The notes under the pieces are model-generated. The model searched no databases and was not told the origin of the DNA. It saw only the letters and a list, made by a program, of their open reading frames with translations. Shown piece after piece: positions 1 to 9,000 of a stretch of DNA of 64,000 nt (within the stretch, counting starts at the first letter, position 1; every line of letters starts with the position of its first letter). The translations under genes and the position numbers were made by a program. This DNA comes from an uncultured archaeon (GTDB lineage: Archaea; Iainarchaeota; Iainarchaeia; Iainarchaeales; GCA-2688035). Location: the NCBI GenBank assembly GCA_964640195.1, contig CAZXIC010000001.1, positions 83,363-147,362 on the forward strand, written 5' to 3'.

Positions 1-165
1 CAAGCTTGAACAGCAGCATTGCAAGGAACGCAGGATTCTTGCTGTGCTTCGCTACCTCCTGGATTTCGAGGCTCAGCTCATTGCATTTGGGGCTGATTTT
101 CTTGACCAGCTCTTCGTTGCCCAGAATGTCTGCCAGTTCCTTGATTGAATCATGACTCCCCATGT
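1..165 (-). CDS. Hypothetical protein, N-terminal part only (MGSHDSIKELADILGNEELVKK...); gene runs past window start
   Basis: Manual reverse translation from ATG at 163-165; the reading frame stays open to position 1. Confidence 0.35.
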
Positions 166-217
166 TGTATCATGATAGTGTCATGACCTTTATATAGCTT
201 TCGTTTCTCGGAACTTT

Positions 218-264
218 GCACAAAAAGGGGTCAAAAGTTTGGGTTTCGAACCCCCTTTTTGTGC
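218..264. terminator. Perfect 13-bp inverted repeat (GCACAAAAAGGGG...CCCCTTTTTGTGC) with a nested GGGTT/AACCC mini-hairpin, flanked by T-runs; putative terminator downstream of hicB
   Basis: Inverted repeat read directly from the sequence. Confidence 0.35.
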
Positions 265-361
265 AGAAGGGCTTCCTGCACATTTAAGGTGCATTTATTG
301 TGCCTTTTTCTGCCTTTTTCCGTAAACGCTTTTTGCGGCAGCAAAAAGGGTTTCTGCACAT

Positions 362-607
362 TTAGGGGTTTCTCTTAAATTCGTAGACTTCAGCTTTCCC
401 TTTGATGGGGATGCCGTCCTCACCCGGGGTGCTTACGTGCAGCTCAATAGCCTCTTTAACATTCTTCAGTGCTTCCTGCCTTGTCTTGCCCTGGCTGATG
501 CAGCCAGGCAAAGCTGGCACGGTAACAGTGAAAAAACCATCTTCATCTTTTTCAATAATGACTTTCCAGTCCAAATCAGATTCACTGATAATACTATTGT
601 CTGCCAA
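362..607 (-). CDS. HicB-like antitoxin (UPF0150/HicB family); apparent TTG start; no adjacent HicA
   Basis: FTVTVPALPGCISQGKTRQEALKNVKEAIELHV matches the HicB/RNase H-like fold motif; the start codon was checked by reverse complement. Confidence 0.65.
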   Translation of the reverse strand: MADNSIISESDLDWKVIIEKDEDGFFTVTVPALPGCISQGKTRQEALKNVKEAIELHVSTPGEDGIPIKGKAEVYEFKRNP

Positions 608-666
608 GATATAAAAAGACTACCCTGAAACTAAGCAACCCCTTTTTGTGCGTTTCCAGGTTTTTA

Positions 667-1341
667 TTACCGCAGTTTTTCGAGCACTTCCTCCAAGTGT
701 GTCACGTCAACTATGATGTGCTTCACTCCCAGTTCTTCTGCCTCTTTCCTGCTGAGGTGGCCTGTCAAGACAACGATTGGAGTTACTCCAGCGTTTCTTG
801 CCATCTGCACATCTGTTTTCGCGTCTCCCACAAATACTGTTTCACTGGGCTTTGCCTTCTGTTTTTTCATTATCTGTTCAAGCATGAACGGGTGCGGTTT
901 CTGCTTTCCAGCATCTTTGATGTCGTAAGCCGAGGTTATTTGCGAAAAAACGTTTGGAACATTGAATTTCGGCATTATTTTTTCTTTCAGAAGTATTGGG
1001 TGCACTCCGGTGGCAATGCAGAGGGCATACTTCTTCTTCAATCTTTCCAATAATTCAATGCTCCCGTCAACAAGTTTAAGCGCATTGAGGAAAGTGTCAC
1101 CGAACCACTTTCCCTTGAATATTTCACACGCCTTGTCCAACAAAGCAGGGTTTTCCTTTAACAGTTCCCCAAGTTCCTCGCGGTAGGGCTGGCTCCACTT
1201 TGCCAATATCCTTTTTTTCTCCTCCTCTGGGCTCAGATGCACCCCCAATTCTGCCAGTGTTTCATGGTAGCATGCAAAATAGCCTTTTTTAGCATCAAGC
1301 GTAAAAACATCGTCCCAGTCAAAGACAATTAGCTTTATCAT
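667..1341 (-). CDS. HAD-IA family hydrolase (phosphatase-like)
   Basis: MIKLIVFDWDDV carries the DxD motif I; a C-terminal GDxxxD-like region is present; ATG at 1341 (the track start at 1359 is TTG). Confidence 0.8.
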   Translation of the reverse strand: MIKLIVFDWDDVFTLDAKKGYFACYHETLAELGVHLSPEEEKKRILAKWSQPYREELGELLKENPALLDKACEIFKGKWFGDTFLNALKLVDGSIELLERLKKKYALCIATGVHPILLKEKIMPKFNVPNVFSQITSAYDIKDAGKQKPHPFMLEQIMKKQKAKPSETVFVGDAKTDVQMARNAGVTPIVVLTGHLSRKEAEELGVKHIIVDVTHLEEVLEKLR

Positions 1342-1379
1342 AATTATCTGCCGTGACAAAACGCTCTGTTGAGGAAAAA

Positions 1380-1715
1380 CTAGGCAACCGCTTTAGCCTT
1401 TTCTTTTCCAGCGCCTACCTTCTCCATTGATTGCTTCATAAGCCTATTGTCCAATTCTAGTAATTTCTTTACTACTGGGCTATTGGTGTTCAATTTGTAC
1501 AGGCTTGCCTTTCCAACTTTTCTTGTATACACCACCAGCTTTGTCTCTTCCAGCTTGTTCCAGAAGGTGAGCAGTGTGTTCCATGAAACCCCGGCATTCC
1601 TGCAGATGTCTTTTTTGCTGTAGTCGAATACGTCGTTCTCTATCAAAAAGTCCAGCGCCCTGATTATTGGGTAGTCTCCGAAAAATTCTACAAACAGCGA
1701 TTTGCCTTCAGCCAT
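1380..1715 (-). CDS. Winged-helix DNA-binding regulator (paralog of 27846..28160)
   Basis: About 60% identical to the second copy; wHTH-like core; ATG at 1715. Confidence 0.55.
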   Translation of the reverse strand: MAEGKSLFVEFFGDYPIIRALDFLIENDVFDYSKKDICRNAGVSWNTLLTFWNKLEETKLVVYTRKVGKASLYKLNTNSPVVKKLLELDNRLMKQSMEKVGAGKEKAKAVA

Positions 1716-1797
1716 GAAATTACCCAAATTTTTATATAATTCTTGTACATAATTATGTCGCAGATTAAGTTTAAATATTTTACTCTTAATATTTCAA

Positions 1798-2067
1798 TTG
1801 ATGAAACTTTCTTCTTTTGAGATTAGGCGGCGAATTCTCCGTAAAATGGTTAGACACAGCTGGTGGACGGGAAAACACACCGCTTTTGACAACATTCCAA
1901 AGGGCTTCCCAAAAGAGATGTGGAAAGACGTGAAGAAAGAACTTAAACAGCTTATCAGGGAAGGCCTTGTTATAGCAAAGCCGACGCATTATGGTTCGCA
2001 TGTTTCATTGAATGTAAGTATGAAGGCAGAAATTGAGCGTATTGTTTTTGAAAATAGTGCAGATTAA
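1798..2067 (+). CDS. Small conserved basic protein of unknown function, divergently paired with the wHTH regulator (paralog at 28239..28493)
   Basis: The HTAFDN...HYGSHVSLN core is shared with the second copy. Confidence 0.5.
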   Translation: MMKLSSFEIRRRILRKMVRHSWWTGKHTAFDNIPKGFPKEMWKDVKKELKQLIREGLVIAKPTHYGSHVSLNVSMKAEIERIVFENSAD

Positions 2068-2122
2068 GAAAAAATAGGAAAAAAGAAAGGCTAAAATTAA
2101 AGGAACGCCTTTCCAGCTTGCT

Positions 2123-2395
2123 TTACTTTTTCAGGCTTATCTCTATTGCGGAAACCTTCAGTGGGTTTCCTTCCTCTGTGCTTATTTCCTCTGTCGCAAT
2201 CTTGATGTCGTTTATTTTTGTGTCTGTCACGAACTTGTTTCGCACTATCTCTGCAACGTCAACTGCCCTGCTGATTGCCCTGCCCCTTGCCTTTATCAGG
2301 ACCTCGTTTGCGCCCTGGTTCATCTGGGTTACAACAGCAAGGACATAGCTCATCGTTCCCTTCTTTCCAACGAAAACAACGTTATCTTCTGCCAT
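2123..2395 (-). CDS. albA: DNA/RNA-binding protein Alba
   Basis: [12 protein letters not shown]...[23 protein letters not shown] is the classic Alba sequence; a GGAGGTG ribosome-binding site lies 7 nt upstream of the ATG at 2395. Confidence 0.9.
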   Translation of the reverse strand: MAEDNVVFVGKKGTMSYVLAVVTQMNQGANEVLIKARGRAISRAVDVAEIVRNKFVTDTKINDIKIATEEISTEEGNPLKVSAIEISLKK

Positions 2396-2492
2396 TAAAT
2401 TGCACCTCCGTCCAGAAGCCATTGTTTATGCTGTTTTACTGCTTGGCATTGCCAAAAATGCCTTAATAAATACCCTATGGCAAACTATTTAA

Positions 2493-3971
2493 TTAGTTAT
2501 GGTTTTTCCTTGCCTGCTTCTTTGCAACCGCCTTTCTTTCAGCCTGCCTTTTTTTAAGCACTGCCTTTTTCGCTGTTTTTCCCTTGCTTTTAGCCCGTTT
2601 TTTGACTTTTGCCTTTTTAAGCGCCAATTTCCTGCCTTCGCTGTATGCGATTACAGCGGGCAATGCAATGCTGTCAGCCTCCTGCTGTGAAATCAGTTTT
2701 GGCGCCCTGTAAACAATGCTTGCAGACTGCATTGCGCCAATCCTTGCCAGGCTCAATTTCAGAACCGAATCTTCCTGTATTGTCTGCATTTCTGTGTCTG
2801 CCGAAACCTCGCTGATATTCTCCTTGAGGAAATCTGGAAGCCGGGCAATAACAGAAACGTCTTTCCAGTGCCTGTTGCTGTTGTTTGGCACCGTAACCGT
2901 CACTATCGTCTCAAAACTCATCTTTTCGCCTTTCTCAGTAAAAACGCAGCTCTTAACTGTCTGAATCACTCCTACCCTGGTTGCAACCTCAAATGCCTCT
3001 CCTTTCTTTTCCTCTGGAATCCCTGCCGCTAGCAGCAGGCTGTTCAAGGTATCGCTGTCAGGCGTTCCAGAGACCTCTGATTCAACCAAGCATACTGTAT
3101 GCTTTGGCGGCGCTGCCGCCTCTTCCTCTGCTGTAACTGGCTGGACAGCAGCTGCTGTTACGCCCCTGCCTTTCTCATAGTGCTTTCTCGCAAACCAGAA
3201 ATGGCGTATTGCAAGGGCTGTTGCGGCAACCAATACCAGTGCAAGCAACCCAACCAAAATTATTGTAAGAAGTGGTACAGGTACTGCCCTTACGCTGAAC
3301 TCCCTTGCAACCCTCGCTGTTTCAGCGCCGTGGGTTGCTTTCACAACCAGGGTGTAGCTGCCGGGCGGCAGCACTGGACCGTATCTCTTGAAGGACTTGC
3401 TCCCCACAAGCGGGATGTTCTGGCTGCTGTTCCACAAGACATTGTTGTCCTTTACAATGCTTTCTTCCACGTGGATTGCCGCTTCCTCTGGCTGGTTTGA
3501 TTCAAGCACGTAAGAAAATACTATTTGCTCTTCCTCGCTGCTTGCCTCAATGTCCAGCGTGCTGAACTGCGGCATTGTCGGAATGCCAACCGAAATCTCT
3601 ATTATCCTGCTTGCCCGGACAATTGTGTCGTTGCATTCCATTTCAAGGTAGAAGGTCCTTATGCCCTGCAAGCTGCTTGGTATTATCAGCGAAATGTCCT
3701 CGCTCTTTGTCCCGCCTGTATCAAGATAAATCGTGTCATCTCCCTGCAGAACCCTTTCGCCGTCTCTGTCAAACCAGTACTGCACTTGGGCAGAGCAGGC
3801 TGGCCCAGCCCTGTTTCCTGCAAGAAAAGAGAAGTCAAGCCTTTCGCCTGCTTCTACCGGGGTTGTGATGTCCGTAATCCGCAGCTCTGCAATGTTCCTG
3901 GCAGCAAACGCTGCCGGCATCATGGATATGAGCAGTGCTGAAAGCAAAAGCAAGGCAGCTTGCCTGTTCAT
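2493..3971 (-). CDS. Secreted surface protein: signal peptide, CARDB-like domain, one TM helix, Lys-rich basic C-terminal tail
   Basis: MNRQAALLLLSALLISMMPAAFA signal peptide; a domain homologous to one in the 646-aa neighbour (ITDITTPVEAGERLDFSF vs VRIDDPVEAGEQVDFTF); KKAKVKKRAKSK tail. Confidence 0.6.
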   Translation of the reverse strand: MNRQAALLLLSALLISMMPAAFAARNIAELRITDITTPVEAGERLDFSFLAGNRAGPACSAQVQYWFDRDGERVLQGDDTIYLDTGGTKSEDISLIIPSSLQGIRTFYLEMECNDTIVRASRIIEISVGIPTMPQFSTLDIEASSEEEQIVFSYVLESNQPEEAAIHVEESIVKDNNVLWNSSQNIPLVGSKSFKRYGPVLPPGSYTLVVKATHGAETARVAREFSVRAVPVPLLTIILVGLLALVLVAATALAIRHFWFARKHYEKGRGVTAAAVQPVTAEEEAAAPPKHTVCLVESEVSGTPDSDTLNSLLLAAGIPEEKKGEAFEVATRVGVIQTVKSCVFTEKGEKMSFETIVTVTVPNNSNRHWKDVSVIARLPDFLKENISEVSADTEMQTIQEDSVLKLSLARIGAMQSASIVYRAPKLISQQEADSIALPAVIAYSEGRKLALKKAKVKKRAKSKGKTAKKAVLKKRQAERKAVAKKQARKNHN

Positions 3972-4051
3972 TCCAAAAAACCCCAACTGTGCAGTAATAT
4001 ACTGGTTATTTTATATAAAATAGTTTTGCTTAAGCCTCCTGCAATCTCTCC

Positions 4052-5992
4052 TTACCCTTTCCTAACCCCTTTGTAAAAATAAGAAAGCAGGCCCAGAACA
4101 GCGCCCAGCACGGCAGTTAAGCCTGTTAAAGCTGCGAAAAAACTGGCTCCTGCAAGGGAGGGCAATCCTATCGGCATTTGCTCCAGAGTCTCTTTATAAA
4201 ACTCGGCTTTAGCTGTTTCGCCCAGCTTTGCAGCAACTATTGCGTTTCTATTGATGTAAAGAAGCACCATGTACACAATGATTAGCGCTATTGCGATTAA
4301 CGTAATCCAGGCGATTTTTTCTTTCCTGTCCATTCCCCTCTTTCTGCTCCTAAGCCTCAGCAGCCTGTACAATATGAGCAAAGCTGTTATAAGGAGCAAA
4401 AGCACCAAGAGGGGAATAATTGAAAAGAAAGGCAAAACCACTTCTATCGGCTGGGCCGGCAGCACTATTGGCGGGGCAAATGCTGCTATTGGCTTTCTCT
4501 CAAAATCGTTTAGGACTTTTTCCGTTTGCCCTTTGAAAGCGGCACTGACTTCAAGAGTATACTTCCCTGGCAGCAAGCCGTATACCTCTTCAAAGAACTG
4601 GTTGGACCTTGTAACAGCAACTGTTTGCTTCTTTTCCCAGACGATTCTTCCCTCTGCATAAATTTTTTCCTCAACCTCTACTGCCAGTGTCTCGTCCCTG
4701 TTAGAGCCGAGGTCTATGGCGAAGCTCAGGGGCAGTGTTTCCTCCCCGGGCACAAGTGAAGAGACAGCCAGCTCGATTCTTGTCGGGGCACCGACCATTA
4801 CAGCAACAGCCCTGCGCCTTGTAACCGTTGCCTGGCCGCTCTTTGTCAGAGTGAGATAGAAGTCGTAAGAGCCAGTCATTTCAGCCAAGGATAACAGGCT
4901 CTCGTTAACCTCTTTTTGCTGCCCTGACAGGAGATAAAGCGTTTCGCTGCCGCTTACGCTTCTTTCACCGTTTTTTTCCAGCCAGTATTCTATGTAGGCG
5001 TTGTCGTTAATGTTTGTGTTGTTGCTCACAAGGAAAGTGAAATCAACCTGTTCGCCTGCTTCCACTGGGTCATCGATTCTCACGATTTCAATGTCAAATT
5101 TGCCCTCTACTGGCAGAGCGGACGAAGGCGGGGACTCGGTTAGGCTCGGGCTTGGCTGGGGTGCAGGCGCTGGGGCAGGGGCAGTAACGCTGTATGTTGC
5201 CCGTGAAATCAGGCTGTTGTTGTCAGCGAAGTCCTTTGCCTTAACATCATATGTGTGGTCTGCTGAGGCATGCCCTGAAAACACGTAAGAGGTGTTCAGG
5301 TCAACATTTATCCAGCTTCCGCTGTCAGCCCGCACATAATAGGTTTCTATGCCGGTAAAGGCATCGCTGCCTGCAAAAGAAAAAACCACGTCGCTGCCAT
5401 CAGCTGAAGCCGCTGCGCTTAAAATTACGGGAGCTGTTGCATCATAATGGACAATCCTCTCTACCTGCTCAGCGTAGTCCTCTGCCTTGTTCGCTGCCCT
5501 GAAGCTGACGTTATTGTCAGCATCCTGGGCCAAGCCTGTTTCAGTGTAGGAACAGTGGAATTCCCCGGCAAATTCAGTGCAATGCATGCTGTAATCGAAG
5601 TCGCTGCTTTGTACGCCGTTCAAGTCAACAACAATGCTTTCGCTGTTTACGTCGCTTTCAGCCGTGCAGACAAAGCACTGCTTGTTTACGTCAAATGTTA
5701 TGGTTGGGCTGCTGTTGATGTTGGCATCTGCCACTGGGGCATGCACGGTTATTATGACGCTGTACGTGCTTCTCAGGGTGTAAATCCAGCCAATTTGTGT
5801 TGTGTAGTTTGTTGAATTCGTGTCGCCAATGCTTGCCTGCTCTGCCGCAACAATTGTTCCGTAGCTGAGGCTGCTTGCGCTTGTGCCGGCAGCAATGCCC
5901 AGCTTGTTCTGGTCAACATTGTAAGCTCCTGATGCCGCTGGAACCAGCAGCAGCAGAAAAACAATTGCCCTCAGCAGCATGCCACCACGCAT
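4052..5992 (-). CDS. Secreted surface protein with a PAPAPAPQPSPS linker, a CARDB-like domain and C-terminal TM helices
   Basis: Signal peptide MRGGMLLRAIVFLLLLVPAASGA; hydrophobic C-terminal segments. Confidence 0.6.
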   Translation of the reverse strand: MRGGMLLRAIVFLLLLVPAASGAYNVDQNKLGIAAGTSASSLSYGTIVAAEQASIGDTNSTNYTTQIGWIYTLRSTYSVIITVHAPVADANINSSPTITFDVNKQCFVCTAESDVNSESIVVDLNGVQSSDFDYSMHCTEFAGEFHCSYTETGLAQDADNNVSFRAANKAEDYAEQVERIVHYDATAPVILSAAASADGSDVVFSFAGSDAFTGIETYYVRADSGSWINVDLNTSYVFSGHASADHTYDVKAKDFADNNSLISRATYSVTAPAPAPAPQPSPSLTESPPSSALPVEGKFDIEIVRIDDPVEAGEQVDFTFLVSNNTNINDNAYIEYWLEKNGERSVSGSETLYLLSGQQKEVNESLLSLAEMTGSYDFYLTLTKSGQATVTRRRAVAVMVGAPTRIELAVSSLVPGEETLPLSFAIDLGSNRDETLAVEVEEKIYAEGRIVWEKKQTVAVTRSNQFFEEVYGLLPGKYTLEVSAAFKGQTEKVLNDFERKPIAAFAPPIVLPAQPIEVVLPFFSIIPLLVLLLLITALLILYRLLRLRSRKRGMDRKEKIAWITLIAIALIIVYMVLLYINRNAIVAAKLGETAKAEFYKETLEQMPIGLPSLAGASFFAALTGLTAVLGAVLGLLSYFYKGVRKG

Positions 5993-6023
5993 ATTTTTTC
6001 ACCTTATTATTTTGTTTCTGCAA

Positions 6024-9000
6024 TCACCTGTTTTCATCGCCTCCGCCTTGCCCGGCAACCATTGGAAGGTGCAGGCAATAGCTCTTGCACTCGCCGTCGT
6101 TGTTGCAGATGTCAATTGTGAGTGTGTTTGAATCATCGCAGTCTGCATCGTTTGCGCAGGCAATGTCACAGGGCTGCACTGCAATGTCTTGGTCAGGCTG
6201 GTTCAGGTCGGCTGCGTTTGCATCAGGCTGCCAAAAATCAGTTACATCCACGTCCCCCTGCCCTATATCCAGATCTTGTCCTGCTGCATCGCTTTCCTGC
6301 TGCCCCGCGCTGTCCTGCTCTTCGGGAATCGGCGGCAGAGGCAGTTCCTCATCTTCCACTGTCTGCTGCAAAGTATGCAGTGCTTCTTCAGCTTGCGCCG
6401 CTTCCTTTCTCTGCTTCCACAGCCTGTCCTTTTCATCCAACTGCTGAATCTTTGCATCGCATTCTGGTCTTGGCTTGCACACGAAGTCGTAGTTCCCTGT
6501 TGCAGAATCAAATTCTGGCAGGCAGCCAACGTATGTTCCGTTGTCAGCCATCATGCAGATTGGCTCAGGCTTGTCTGTCTTGAAGAAAATCGGGCTTTTC
6601 GGGGTAAGGGCATCGGAATAAATCGTGCCTGCGTTGATGTCCCCAGCTGAAAGGTTGTTGTTCAGGTTGCTCCCAACTGTGATTGCGCCAGCAGCATTCA
6701 GGTCTGCATTTACAGCAAGGGACTGGTTTGCCACTGCATCAGCCATTACGCCGTAAAGTATCGCATTTGTTGCCTCTTCTGCTGTATCATCTCTGTCTTG
6801 ATTGTCTATAATCAAAAGGTTGCTGGCGGTGGTTTGGTTATAGCCTGCCTCTCCGCCTAAGAAAATGTTGGATGAGCCAGAAGTAAGTTTGTTTCCTGCT
6901 TTATAGCCAAACGCACTGTTGGAAGCACCTGTGGTTATAACTTGACCTGCCAGGCTGCCAACAAAGGTATCATAAGCATGGCTATTGCCTGACGCACCAA
7001 ACCCAGCATAATATCCAACCTGAACATTATGGGAACTGGTTGAGTTATAGTATCCCGCGTATCTGCCGATGCCGATATTGCCAGTGCCAGACGTGTTTTG
7101 ACGTAAAGCATAGGCTCCTATTCCGACATTGTCCTGCCCAGAAGTATTAGAGGTTAAAGCATCAGGCCCAATTGCCACAATCAGTGCCCCGGTTGTCAGG
7201 GCATCCCCTGCATATTGCCCGATTAAGACATTAGAAGCCGATTGGGCAGTTCCAGCTGCAATCGTTGCCCCTGCATTATAGCCAAGAATGGTATTCTTGT
7301 TGGTCAGCAATGCTGCCTGGGTATCATTTACCGTAATATATTTGCATGTAGAATCGTCCTGCCAATAGTAATTCGTTCCAGTCATGGAAGCATCGGCGAT
7401 GTTATCTGTGTAAGTGGTTTCAGTATTATTTGCTACTGTGTCCACTAATTTAACATTAGCCCAATAAGATGAATCTGCCGTTGTTCTGTAAATCTTTCTG
7501 CCCTCCACCCTATAATCGGAAGATGTGGGAAGAGTGATTTCAACTTTTCCGTGTTCAGCGTCAGTGGTAACATTGGTTGGCGTAGATGAACGTAGTGCTG
7601 TTTCTCCCAAAGCCGTATAATAGGTTACGAAATAATAGTGCTTTCCTGCATCAACGTTGCCTGCTTCTTCCACTAAAGCGATAGCAGGGGAAGAAGGATA
7701 AATAACGGGATTCAGGTCAAACCCAGTGTCAAACCTGCTTGCGCCAGAAACGAATAGGCTTGTTATGTTTGTGTCCTCAGCCATTAGGTAATCAATGTTC
7801 CCGTCTGCCGAGCAGGTGAGGTTGCCAACGTAGGCGTCGTCTGCCTCAAGGTTGGCGAAGTTGCTGTCGCCAATTGCATCCAAGCCAGAAAAGCCGCCTG
7901 TCATGCCGATGTTTGCGAAATTGCTGTCTCCAGTTGCTTGAATTCCGCCGTCTGCAAACGAAACGCCTGAAACCTGGATGCTTCCTGCATTGAAATCGCC
8001 TGTTACTGTTAGGTTAGTTAAATAGGCGTCGTCTGCTTGCAAATTGGAGAAGTTAGAATCTGCCGAACAGTAGAGATTTATAGCATTCACATCATCTGCT
8101 ATTACTGTATCAGCAACATCCAAATTTCCGCCTACTTTCTTCAATGAGAAATTGAACAAACGGAATACAGCGTCTGTTACTGGAACAATGATTAGGTCTG
8201 CTGTGCTTACCGCCCTGAAGGTTGCGCTAAAAGTTCCATCTTCAGTTGTTGAGCCAAGGCTTACGCCACCGCAGGAGACAGACATTCCAACACTCTCATA
8301 ACCATAATCCGTACCTGCTACAACGCTGAAAGTGTATCTTTCCCCTGCAACAATTGGCGTAACCATGCTTGCAGAGGCTTGGGACAAGGTAGCTGTGCCA
8401 CTTGAATGGTAGAAAGTGCCAATCCCAATATCCCCAAAGCTCCACCCTGTACCTAAAGTCCAATCGTCTGCTGAATCAGGGTTTGGGTTGGTTATTTTTT
8501 GCGCCCCTAAAGAAGTGGGATTGTAAACGCTGACAGTGTTGGCATCAATTGGCTGAATGCTGGCAGCCTTTATTGTTGGGGAAAAAACTGTGTTTGTAGT
8601 GGAAATGTTGGCGTCCCCAAAATCAGCATCAAAGCCTGTTTTGTTGCTCGCTACGGTTAAATCCCCATCTGATTCGGCTTTGAATGTGGCATAATTTGAG
8701 GCATCGTAGCTTAATTTCAACTGGGTATCGGGCTTGAATACTTCCAGCATAGCAGACGGGTCTTCAACTCCAATGCCCACGTTGTTGTCAGGAAGCATAT
8801 GAAACCCAACCATCGTGCCGCCTATTTCGTTATAGCCAGCTATTTCCAAATGAAAGGGGTATTTCCCTGCTGCTTCAACGAAATCACCGCCAACTTGACC
8901 TGCAATCCATCCCACCTCCTTGAAATCCCCGTTCCAACCCCACCAGCTTATTTTGCCTAAATAATCCCCCACAATAACATCCTCTGGTGAAGCAAGAGTT

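Noticed and set aside
362-607. HicA toxin partner for HicB
   Set aside because: No small ORF with a HicA motif on either side. HicB appears orphan, or the partner lies outside or is lost.
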